Origin: an uncultured Candidatus Saccharibacteria bacterium
GTDB lineage: Bacteria; Patescibacteriota; Minisyncoccia; Phycocordibacterales; UBA918
Length of the DNA stretch: 64,000 nt
Direction: 5' to 3'
NCBI GenBank assembly: GCA_964552045.1
Contig: CAZKFF010000007.1
Location: forward strand, 3,949-67,948
The position numbers and the translations under genes were made by a program. Of this stretch, positions 34,041 through 42,204 are shown piece by piece. How positions within the stretch are numbered: the stretch's first letter is position 1; the number at the start of each line of letters is the position of its first letter. The notes below the pieces were generated by a model. That model saw nothing but the letters and a program-made list of their open reading frames with translations. It did not search any database and had not been told where the DNA came from.

Positions 34041-35381
34041 GTGATCAATACACCACTTATTTTTTGTTTTAAGTTCATGCGCTATACTAACAACATGAAC
34101 ACGGCGCTTTACTGGATCAAACGTTTTATCCCCCCTATTCTGCTTAACAAGATCCGGCCAGCGTATCACTTCATGCTTGCCTACTTCGGAAGCATCATTT
34201 ACAAACACCCATCGCGCAACATCACCGTCATCGCCGTAACCGGTACTAAAGGCAAGTCCACAGTAACTGAGCTTATTGCTGCCATACTCGAAGCCAATGG
34301 ATACAAAGTTGCTTCCCTTTCGACCATTCAGTTCAAGATCGGACAGGATGTCAGGCGAAACCTCTTCAAGATGACATTGCCTGGGCGGTTCTTTGTGCAG
34401 CACTTTCTGCGTGAAGCAGTTGATGAGAAATGCACACATGCGGTTGTTGAAATGACCTCTGAAGGAGCGCGGCAGTTCCGCCACCGGTTCATTGAGCTTG
34501 ACGCGCTTGTGTTCACCAACCTCTCCCCAGAGCATATCGAATCGCATGGTTCTTTTGAAAAGTATAAGGAGGCGAAGCTGCAGATCATGCACCAGCTTGA
34601 GGCATCTGCCAAACAGCCTCGGTACATAGTAGCCAACAGCGACGACCCGCATGGCGCTGATTTTCTCAAGGCAAAAGTTGAGGAAAGGCTCCCCTATGGC
34701 CTTGCAAGTCTCAAGCTCTATACTCTTCATAAGGACGGTATCGGATTGATATTCAAAGACGGCGACGAGGAGATGACCATCCGCGTGCCGCTTGTGGGAC
34801 TGTTCAATGTCTACAACACGCTTGCAGCGATCACGCTCACCCGCGCGCTCGGCGTCCCGCTTACGATCATTGAAAGCGCGCTTCGGTCGCTTCCGCCGAT
34901 CCGTGGCAGAGTTGAACATTTTTATGCTCCGAAAACCGCATCAAAACAGGTCACAGCGATCGTCGACTACGCGCACACGCCCGATTCGCTCGAGCAGCTC
35001 TATAAGGCCTTCAAGGATGTGCCGAAGGTGTGCGTGCTCGGGAACACCGGCGGCGGACGCGACACATGGAAGCGTCCTGAGATGGCCTCCATCGCCGAAC
35101 GCTACTGCGACCACATCATCCTCACCAACGAAGACCCATATGACGAGGATCCCCGGAAGATCGTCGAGGAGATGAGCAAGGGCATCACAAACCAGTCGAA
35201 ACTTGAGATCATCATGGACCGGCGTCTGGCGATACAGACCGCGCTGCAGGCAGCCGCCCCAGGCGGGTATGTGCTCATCAGCGGCAAAGGAACCGACCCG
35301 TACATCATGGGGCCGCACAATACCCGACAGGTGTGGAGCGACGCAGAGGTGGTAGAGGAGGAATTAGCGAAACTCGTATAA
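34041..35381 (+). CDS. Mur ligase family protein (MurE-like)
   Basis: P-loop VTGTKGKST, DYAHTPDSLEQL and ISGKGTD motifs of Mur ligases. Possible alternative start at 34095. Confidence 0.65.
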   Translation: MINTPLIFCFKFMRYTNNMNTALYWIKRFIPPILLNKIRPAYHFMLAYFGSIIYKHPSRNITVIAVTGTKGKSTVTELIAAILEANGYKVASLSTIQFKIGQDVRRNLFKMTLPGRFFVQHFLREAVDEKCTHAVVEMTSEGARQFRHRFIELDALVFTNLSPEHIESHGSFEKYKEAKLQIMHQLEASAKQPRYIVANSDDPHGADFLKAKVEERLPYGLASLKLYTLHKDGIGLIFKDGDEEMTIRVPLVGLFNVYNTLAAITLTRALGVPLTIIESALRSLPPIRGRVEHFYAPKTASKQVTAIVDYAHTPDSLEQLYKAFKDVPKVCVLGNTGGGRDTWKRPEMASIAERYCDHIILTNEDPYDEDPRKIVEEMSKGITNQSKLEIIMDRRLAIQTALQAAAPGGYVLISGKGTDPYIMGPHNTRQVWSDAEVVEEELAKLV

Positions 35382-35425
35382 AAAATAAAAAAGGCGCGCC
35401 TGCAGGCGCGCCTTTTTATTTTTCC
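35382..35425. terminator. Bidirectional rho-independent terminator
   Basis: aaaaaaggcgcgcctgcaggcgcgccttttt: GC-rich 11-bp perfect hairpin flanked by an A-tract and a T-tract, between convergent genes. Confidence 0.65.
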
Positions 35426-35892
35426 CAGAACAATACGATTCCCGCAGCAACACTTACATTAAGCGACTCTTTCTGCCCGTGCATGGGTATGTGCACGCAT
35501 ATGTCAGCAGCCTGCAGAAGCTCCTGCGAAACACCCTCGACCTCATTCCCCAGGATATAGGCGACCTTCTTCGGAACCGTAAAATCATACAGCGAAACAG
35601 CCGACGGTGTCTGTTCGACCGCGACAACAGAGAACCCCTCTCCCTGCAACGCACGCATATATGCGAGCACCTCCTCCATCGTTTCTTTCTGCTGCCACGC
35701 TACCATATCGCTTGCGCCGAGCGACGTCTTCCTGATCTCTTCTCGCACTCTTCCGAAACGGTCAATCGGCGCAGGCGTGTATCCGCACAGCACGATGCGC
35801 GAAACACCCGCGCCGTCGCCAGTCCTGAAGATCGAACCAACATTGTGCGCGCTGCGCACATTGTCTACGATGACCTGTTTTTCATATTGCAT
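35416..35892 (-). CDS. SpoU/TrmH-family tRNA/rRNA 2'-O-methyltransferase (TrmL-like)
   Basis: SPOUT motifs VDNVRSAHNVGSIFRTGDGAG, LGNEVEGVS, IPMHGQKESLNVSVAAGIVLF. 158 aa. Confidence 0.75.
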   Translation of the reverse strand: MQYEKQVIVDNVRSAHNVGSIFRTGDGAGVSRIVLCGYTPAPIDRFGRVREEIRKTSLGASDMVAWQQKETMEEVLAYMRALQGEGFSVVAVEQTPSAVSLYDFTVPKKVAYILGNEVEGVSQELLQAADICVHIPMHGQKESLNVSVAAGIVLFWEK

Positions 35893-35964
35893 GGCACTAT
35901 AGTACAGCCACTCGTCGGTTGATTTACCATTTCAACATGGTATAGTTTTCGCACAAAAACACAT

Positions 35965-36037
35965 GCGCCCATAGCTCAGTTGGTAGAGCGGCTCCCTTTT
36001 AAGGAGATGGTCCTAGGTTCGAGCCCTAGTGGGCGCA
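35965..36037 (+). tRNA. tRNA-Lys (anticodon TTT)
   Basis: GCGCCCATAGCTCAGTTGGTAGAGCGGCTCCCTTTTAAGGAGATGGTCCTAGGTTCGAGCCCTAGTGGGCGCA. Anticodon loop CTTTTAA. Confidence 0.9.
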
Positions 36038-36042
36038 CTGGT

Positions 36043-36080
36043 AAGAGAAAGACCGCACTTCATATGTGGTCTTTCTATTT
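36043..36080 (+). terminator. Rho-independent terminator after tRNA-Lys
   Basis: agaaagaccgcacttcatatgtggtctttct followed by attttcct. Confidence 0.5.
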
Positions 36081-36118
36081 TCCTCAATAAAGGTTCTAAT
36101 ATCGCCCCCTAATACGCA

Positions 36119-36185
36119 CTGGAGCACAGGCAGCTAGCTGCCTGTGCTCCGATCGCCGCATCGAAAGATGCGGCGATCTCCTTTC
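36119..36185. repeat. Two adjacent perfect palindromic hairpins
   Basis: ggagcacaggcagctagctgcctgtgctcc (13-bp stem) followed by gatcgccgcatcgaaagatgcggcgatc (12-bp stem), at the 3' end of the MBL-fold gene. Confidence 0.5.
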
Positions 36186-36205
36186 AAAAGCTCCTTTGTT
36201 CAAGC

Positions 36206-37006
36206 CTAGCCTCCTTCCTCATCCGGATACCAGTCCAGAAGCACGACGTCAATATCCTTTCCTCCCGCTTCGACAAGCGCCTTGAATTTTTCCACGTCGC
36301 TGAGGCCGTCCTGTCCACGATAATGGTACGGATACACAACCGACGGCGCGAACGCCAGAACCGCGTCGGCTGCAGTCTCCACATCCATGGTGTACGGAGG
36401 ATTCATCGGAACGAACGCGACATTGATATTGCGCAGTGCGCGCATTTCCGGGGTATCCGCAGTGTCGCCCGCGATATATACCCGGGTATCGATGCGCTCC
36501 ACTATGTACCCGTTGCCTCTTCCTTTGACATGGCGGCTGTCCGGAGACTCCGGCAGGTTGTACATCGGCACCGCTTCAATAACGAAGCCCTCAAGCGTGG
36601 TTGAGGCACCGTTTACCAGAACCGTTGCCTGTTCCTGCAGCGCAGAAGGAAGCAGATCGGCCACAGCCTGCGGGACAACCAGGCGTGTCTGCGGCACAGC
36701 AAGCGCCTCAAGCGTGCTCGTACTGAAATGATCGCCATGGATGTCGGTTATCAGAATGATGTCAGGAGTTGATGTCGGATACTTCGCTTTTTCTCCCACA
36801 GGATCGACATAGATGGTCTGCCCTCCCCACTCCAATACCATCGAGGCATGTTCGATAGGCGTAAAGGTGAAGACCGCCTCCCCTGCTTCGGTGCCCGCAG
36901 TATCAGACGCGGTATTGTTGTATATGGTGTCTGTGCTTCTGTTCACAAGCCAAAAAACGATGCCGGCCAGAGCGGCGATCACGACGATGCCAATGATACT
37001 TTTCAT
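36206..37006 (-). CDS. Metallo-beta-lactamase-fold hydrolase, membrane-anchored
   Basis: ILITDIHGDH (HxHxDH) motif and further His/Asp ligands. N-terminal TM helix. Confidence 0.7.
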   Translation of the reverse strand: MKSIIGIVVIAALAGIVFWLVNRSTDTIYNNTASDTAGTEAGEAVFTFTPIEHASMVLEWGGQTIYVDPVGEKAKYPTSTPDIILITDIHGDHFSTSTLEALAVPQTRLVVPQAVADLLPSALQEQATVLVNGASTTLEGFVIEAVPMYNLPESPDSRHVKGRGNGYIVERIDTRVYIAGDTADTPEMRALRNINVAFVPMNPPYTMDVETAADAVLAFAPSVVYPYHYRGQDGLSDVEKFKALVEAGGKDIDVVLLDWYPDEEGG

Positions 37007-37111
37007 AGGATTTCAGTATGTTCCTTACAGATGAATAAATAATGAACCAACGATTCATCCATTATAGTCCAGGAAATTTATCTGTTAAGTTGTGTGCCAT
37101 AATTATGGGTA

Positions 37112-38167
37112 ATGCCCAAAGGCCGCAAAAACAGCATTCTCTACAGCGTGCTGTTTGCGCGTATAGCTGTGTGGCTTCTTTTCTGTGTGCTGGTGGGATG
37201 CAGCGGCGTGCTCATCTTCCTTTTGAAGACCCAGCAGATCGCGTTCGACGCGGCAGTGCACAGCACACGCCATGTCGCACATACCGAACAAGCTGCCGGG
37301 GAGATCGTCGCTTTCCCGCTCGGGGTCGATCCTTTGCGCGAAGTGATCGTTGAAGACCCCGCAGTTGAAACATTCCTGAAGACGAACATCACCCAACGGC
37401 GCACGCCTGCGGGAAAGCTCTCCTGGCTGCACACCCTCACCTCCAAGCTCGCGCTTTTTGAGTGGTACCAGAATCTCGCCTCGCCGGTAAGCAGGCTCCT
37501 CATAATCGACTCCGGAGAACGAAAAGAGGAGGTCGCGTCACATTTCGGTTCCATACTCCAGTGGGACGAGCAGCAGCGCGCGCGTTTTGTGGCGCTCGTT
37601 GCAAGCTCGTCCCCAGAACTCTCCGAAGGGAAGTTCTATCCGGGGAACTATGCAGCATACACAGACGCGAGCCCGGAGGATATTGCAACACTCGTCACCG
37701 ACCGGTTCAATACGAACATCGTCTCCCGCTACCCCGAGGAAATAGACGAGGTGGTACCGCTTGAGAATGCGCTCATCATCGCATCCCTTCTTGAACGCGA
37801 GGCGTACGATTTCGAAGACATGCGCTATATCTCCGGCGTGATCTGGAACCGCCTTTTTATTGACATGCACCTACAGATAGACGCGAGCCTCCAATACGCG
37901 AAAGGCACGCACTCAGACTCACAGTGGTGGCCCTCGGTAGTGCCTGCAGACAAATACATAGAGTCGCCGTTCAATACGTACGAACATGCGGGACTTCCTC
38001 CCGCGCCGATCGCTAATCCTTCTCCTGAGGCGATACTTGCGGCGCTCAATCCGAAGAAGACAGACTGTCTCTTCTATTTTCATGATCGCAACGGGGGTTT
38101 CCACTGCACAGCAACCTACGAGGAACATGTGGCGCTTCTGAAACAGCTGTACGGAAGAGGACAATAA
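37112..38167 (+). CDS. mltG: Endolytic murein transglycosylase MltG (YceG-like)
   Basis: N-terminal TM plus YceG-family body with GLPPAPIANPS motif. Confidence 0.85.
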   Translation: MPKGRKNSILYSVLFARIAVWLLFCVLVGCSGVLIFLLKTQQIAFDAAVHSTRHVAHTEQAAGEIVAFPLGVDPLREVIVEDPAVETFLKTNITQRRTPAGKLSWLHTLTSKLALFEWYQNLASPVSRLLIIDSGERKEEVASHFGSILQWDEQQRARFVALVASSSPELSEGKFYPGNYAAYTDASPEDIATLVTDRFNTNIVSRYPEEIDEVVPLENALIIASLLEREAYDFEDMRYISGVIWNRLFIDMHLQIDASLQYAKGTHSDSQWWPSVVPADKYIESPFNTYEHAGLPPAPIANPSPEAILAALNPKKTDCLFYFHDRNGGFHCTATYEEHVALLKQLYGRGQ

Positions 38168-38443
38168 CGCGGTGCGTGTGTCACTCTGCCGACGTCGATG
38201 CACGCGATTGTACCTCAACGATCTCGAGGTCAGGCAGATTGAGACTGAACCAGACCAGTGCAAGCGAGCCGATGAGCAACACTCCTATTATCAGATACGT
38301 TAGTTTCATACGTGTCCATGCTACACCGCACATATTAATGTGATGTGAAACAACGCTTCACATACAACTCATATGCCCAATAGAAATGCCCCGCGCATTA
38401 CTGCGCGGGGCGGGAACTCAGAATGAACACAGATGCTGGGGGA

Positions 38444-39196
38444 TCACTGTCCGGGCCGACGAGAACGCCGGGCAATGGCGGAAGCGACGCCAGCGAGCAT
38501 CTCAGAGAGGCCCTTGCCGTCGCGCGAAGCGCCCGGCACGGAACGCGCACGAACCGTACCCACGATCTCCGCAAGGTCGCCCTTGATGGCTTCCGCCATG
38601 CCCGGCGGGAGGTCCTTCAGGGCTTCGTCGACCGACATCGGCCGGCCGTCTGGGCCGAGGGCCATGATCCCGTCGAGGGGATCGGACCGATCGCCGCCAA
38701 ACATCTCCTTGAAGTACTCTTCGTAGAGCGTGGTGTGATCAACCCAGCCGATGGTCCAGTCCTCGTCGACGTACAGATGGTCGATCTTGTTGTCGCCGGC
38801 TTCGGGAAACTGCCGGACGACCTCCTCGTGGAGGAGGGTCATCACATAGCTGATGCGCCGCATCCGCGTGTCGAGCTGTGCGTCGAACAGCTTCTGCTGC
38901 TCCTTCACCGACTCGACGCCAGCCTTGGTATCCGCTTCGTTCTCGGCGAAGATCGTGTCGACCTTGTCGTGCAGGTCTTTCTTCTTGAAATCCCGCACGA
39001 ACCGATCGCACTCGCCTTTGAGGTCGGAGAGGTGGATGATGATCCGTTTGGTGAAGTCGTCCGGCATGCCGAACGCCTTGAAGTGGCTGAATTTCTGCGC
39101 GCCAGGTGCGTAGGTCTCGCCGACCTCGATTGTTGCGAGTATATCCAGCAGACCCTGGATGGAGGAAGCGGCCGAGATGGCAGCGTGTGCGTTCAT
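38444..39196 (-). CDS. Hypothetical protein, markedly GC-rich gene
   Basis: Protein-like composition (K/E/D-rich), 250 aa, no motif recognised. Third-position GC much higher than neighbours. Followed by hairpin ccccgcgcattactgcgcgggg. Confidence 0.5.
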   Translation of the reverse strand: MNAHAAISAASSIQGLLDILATIEVGETYAPGAQKFSHFKAFGMPDDFTKRIIIHLSDLKGECDRFVRDFKKKDLHDKVDTIFAENEADTKAGVESVKEQQKLFDAQLDTRMRRISYVMTLLHEEVVRQFPEAGDNKIDHLYVDEDWTIGWVDHTTLYEEYFKEMFGGDRSDPLDGIMALGPDGRPMSVDEALKDLPPGMAEAIKGDLAEIVGTVRARSVPGASRDGKGLSEMLAGVASAIARRSRRPGQ

Positions 39197-39341
39197 TGAG
39201 TGCTCCTCTTGAGGTGATCAGGACGTTTTTTGTCCGTCGATATAATGACACAAAAATTTTTTGAGTCAATACCCTCCCTTTAAAGCCTGATGCGGCTTGC
39301 TCTGTGGTGCACCGCATACGGTATGTGTATACTCTGTGGCA

Positions 39342-39947
39342 ATGGAACACATCAGGAAGCATTTCAAGAAAGCCGACCCCGTTCTCTATGCCGCTATCGC
39401 GGGAGAAGGCTGGCATGCTCTCACGCGTACGCACGACCACTTCGCCGGACTGTGCCGCATTGTCATCGGACAGCAGGTCTCGACCAAAGCAGCGGCATCT
39501 ATCTACGAAAAATTTCGCACGCTCTTTCCCCGCAAGAAACCGACCATGCAGGGAGTGCTCGCCTTAAGCGAAGAAGCTCTGCGCTCGGCAGGACTCTCCC
39601 GTTCAAAGGCGCTGTCGATCAAAGACATCGCCACCGGCATCCAGAACAAGGAGATCATACTCAAAGGCATTGAGAACAGAAGCAATGAAGAGGTCATCGC
39701 CATGCTTGTACAGGCACGCGGCATTGGGCCATGGAGTGCGGAGATGTTTCTCATCTTCTATCTCGGCCGCGAAGACGTGTTCTCCCCGGGCGATTACGGC
39801 CTGCGCATGGCGATCATGAAGCTCTATAAGAAACGAAACCTCCCCTCTCCGGAAGCATCCGCGAAGATCGCAAAAGCCTGGGCGCCGTACCGCAGCTACG
39901 CCTGCCTGATACTCTGGGAGACGCTCAACAACAAGCCTGCTGAATAG
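39342..39947 (+). CDS. HhH-GPD DNA glycosylase (AlkA / 3-methyladenine DNA glycosylase II-like)
   Basis: HhH-GPD signature ARGIGPWSAEMFLIF...SPGDYGLRMAIMKLY. Start set at internal ATG (MEHIRKH...). Confidence 0.75.
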   Translation: MEHIRKHFKKADPVLYAAIAGEGWHALTRTHDHFAGLCRIVIGQQVSTKAAASIYEKFRTLFPRKKPTMQGVLALSEEALRSAGLSRSKALSIKDIATGIQNKEIILKGIENRSNEEVIAMLVQARGIGPWSAEMFLIFYLGREDVFSPGDYGLRMAIMKLYKKRNLPSPEASAKIAKAWAPYRSYACLILWETLNNKPAE

Positions 39948-40099
39948 TGCACACAATACACGGCTGCGGGGGTGTGACCCCGCAGCCGTGTTCCACACGC
40001 TCCAGTGTATCTTTATTTCAAAAGCATATTTTGCAAAAAGCACATGTGCGTGCTTAAGTAGGTACAGACCACTCTGTTCCAACACAACGGGAGAAGATC

Positions 40100-40828
40100 A
40101 TGCCCATCACTGATGCCGACAAGGAAAAATGGCCCCTCGTGCAAGCACGTCTGCGTGCCGTCGTCGGAGAAGATGCATACGCTTCCTTTCTTGTGTCTTT
40201 GCGCCTGGAGGAGATCGACGAAGCGAAGCTGTACTGCTCGGTCCCGTCGCCATTCCTCAAGAAATGGATCAAAGACCACTATGCGGAAGAGCTTCTTGCC
40301 GCCGCTGTGCAGGAATGGCCAGACACCACCACGGTGTATGTCCTCAGGCGGAGCATCGGCGTCCCGATTATTATCGGGGAGCAGCACGAGGAGACCGAAG
40401 CCCCGCAGCAGGGGCCGCAGCGCTTCAGCTATACTCGGATGGTCGCAGAGACACAGCCGATGTATGAAAAGCAGGAGGATCTGGAATCTGACGATCCGCC
40501 TGTGCTTCCGCAACAGGGATCCGATCGCCGCATCCACATCGAAGAGATACAGCAGGGCACGGGCCGAAAGTACAAGATCGCCCGCACACGTTTGCTTTCA
40601 CGCGAACGTCCACGCGATATCTCCCTGCCGCGCCAGATCGGGATGTTCCTTTCCAAGTACATGACCGACCGTTCGCTTCACGAGATCGGCCGCCATTTCG
40701 GCGGGCGGGACCACACGACGGTCGTGCAGGCCATCAAAAAGATACGAACGCTCATCTACTCCGACCTCGAGTTCGCCTACGAAGTGGCGAGCCTCGAAGC
40801 ACAGATCAGGAACCTCACGATCGCCTGA
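40100..40828 (+). CDS. DnaA-like protein lacking the AAA+ domain (domain I plus domain IV only)
   Basis: N-terminus KEKWPLVQARLRAVVGEDAYASFLVSLRLEEIDEAKLYCSVPSPFLKKWIKDHY resembles DnaA domain I. C-terminus LPRQIGMFLSKYMTDRSLHEIGRHFGGRDHTTVVQAIKKI matches the DnaA domain IV HTH signature. No Walker A/B. Confidence 0.65.
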   Translation: MPITDADKEKWPLVQARLRAVVGEDAYASFLVSLRLEEIDEAKLYCSVPSPFLKKWIKDHYAEELLAAAVQEWPDTTTVYVLRRSIGVPIIIGEQHEETEAPQQGPQRFSYTRMVAETQPMYEKQEDLESDDPPVLPQQGSDRRIHIEEIQQGTGRKYKIARTRLLSRERPRDISLPRQIGMFLSKYMTDRSLHEIGRHFGGRDHTTVVQAIKKIRTLIYSDLEFAYEVASLEAQIRNLTIA

Positions 40829-40881
40829 TGTCTGATCACAACTCCAAAGCCGCCGCCATAGGCGGCTTTTTGTTTTGCTGC

Positions 40882-41430
40882 TCAAAACCGTTTTGTGATG
40901 CGCTCCACAGTATTAAGCGTCCGTGTGGTGATATCTTTCCCAAGCAGTTTCTCGAGCTTCAGCATGAAGTCCGGCGTCTTTGCGACAGTGGTATCAACCA
41001 CACTGCACAGGGCATTGAGCTCTGTGTCATAGCTGATACTCCCTGACTGCTTGTCCTTCAGAAGCGGCGCAAGCGCCGTGGTGTATGCGCCAGCTTTCAG
41101 AAAGGTGATAATGAGGTACGTCTCTTTCGAGTGCTTCAGCGTCCCAAAGGGTACAGTTTTCAAGAAAGTTTCAAGCTCCCCTTTTGTGCGGATGAATGTC
41201 GCCACGTCTATGCCGTGCGTATCGCGGAATGCCTGCTCCACCTGCTTCTCGAGCTTCGCAGTATTCTTCTCTGCCGACTCGAAGAGCATGTTCCCGCTTG
41301 AGATGAACGAACGGACATTTTCGAAGCCGCAGGATTCAAACACCTTCCGCAGGCTTTCATTGGATTTTCTCGGGTCGCCCGGCCCGATGCCGCGTAAGAA
41401 AGCGGCGTATGAAATTGGTTTCGCTTTCAT
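40882..41430 (-). CDS. DUF1697 family protein
   Basis: N-terminus YAAFLRGIGPG...LRKVFESCGFENVRSFISSGNMLFES matches the DUF1697 consensus (LRGINVGG...GF.nV.TyIqSGNv.F). Confidence 0.7.
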   Translation of the reverse strand: MKAKPISYAAFLRGIGPGDPRKSNESLRKVFESCGFENVRSFISSGNMLFESAEKNTAKLEKQVEQAFRDTHGIDVATFIRTKGELETFLKTVPFGTLKHSKETYLIITFLKAGAYTTALAPLLKDKQSGSISYDTELNALCSVVDTTVAKTPDFMLKLEKLLGKDITTRTLNTVERITKRF

Positions 41431-41432
41431 GG

Positions 41433-42128
41433 CTAGTACACTTCTGTTTTTTCAACCTGCTTGATGAGCTCGTAGGGGATCACCTCGCCTTCTTTGCTTA
41501 AGAAATACGGCAGCTGGTTGTGCGTGAACCCGACGATCTCGTTGGTCTTCGCATCCTCCCATTTCTTCCAGACCTTGCGGATGTGCGAGAGCTCCGCCTT
41601 TGAAAGAAGATCGAGCTTGCGCCCCTGCGATGCACGTGTCTCCTCTATCTCGTACATGTGGTAGTCCTCGCGCAAAACCTGTCTGATGTTGAGCTCGCCC
41701 TTCTCCTCCATCTCCTCAACAAGCCGGAAGTACGCGTCCGAGACCGGACCGAAGGCGATCTTGCGGTATGAAAGTCCGCTCATGCTCTCCCCGTGCTCGT
41801 AGTACCAGGAGAAGTCTGCCAGATACAAAAGCTTCGCAAGCTTCGTCTTCTTCAGGACCTTCCCGCTTGCCTTCGCTTCGCGCAAAAAGGCCAGAAGCAT
41901 CTGCTTGTACTTCAGCACATTGGGTATCTGCGTGCGCGAGAGCTCGTCAACGGTGATGCCGAAGAGATTCGCAATGGCCGCAGCCTCTGCGAGTGTGAGT
42001 TCCTTTGTTCCTTTCTCCACCGCCACGTACGACGGGCGCGACATGTGCGCGTTCTCTGCCACCTCTGCCTGCGAGAGCTGCTTCTCCTCGCGCAGCCGTT
42101 TTATAAATGATGCGTATACTGTACTCAT
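41433..42128 (-). CDS. XRE-family HTH fused to Panacea/DUF4065 domain (antitoxin-like, SocA/PanA type)
   Basis: HTH QLSQAEVAENAHMSRPSYVAVEKG...LTLAEAAAIANLFGITVDEL. C-terminal KLLYLADFSWYYEHGESMSGLSYRKIAFGPV typical of DUF4065. Stop is 3 nt from the DUF1697 start. Confidence 0.7.
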   Translation of the reverse strand: MSTVYASFIKRLREEKQLSQAEVAENAHMSRPSYVAVEKGTKELTLAEAAAIANLFGITVDELSRTQIPNVLKYKQMLLAFLREAKASGKVLKKTKLAKLLYLADFSWYYEHGESMSGLSYRKIAFGPVSDAYFRLVEEMEEKGELNIRQVLREDYHMYEIEETRASQGRKLDLLSKAELSHIRKVWKKWEDAKTNEIVGFTHNQLPYFLSKEGEVIPYELIKQVEKTEVY

Positions 42129-42204
42129 ATACGCATATGATACACCCGTTATGTCAATTTTTAGACACAAGGTGTTGATATTTTGACATACACCTTTTCT
42201 TGTC

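Noticed and set aside
34005-34919. 304-aa minus-strand ORF overlapping the Mur-ligase gene
   Set aside because: Antisense to an ORF with unambiguous Mur ligase motifs. Arg/Lys-rich junk composition.
38423-39199. Plus-strand 258-aa ORF antisense to the GC-rich hypothetical gene
   Set aside because: Leu/Val/Arg/Gly-dominated composition typical of an antisense frame in high-GC DNA. The minus-strand ORF has balanced charged residues.
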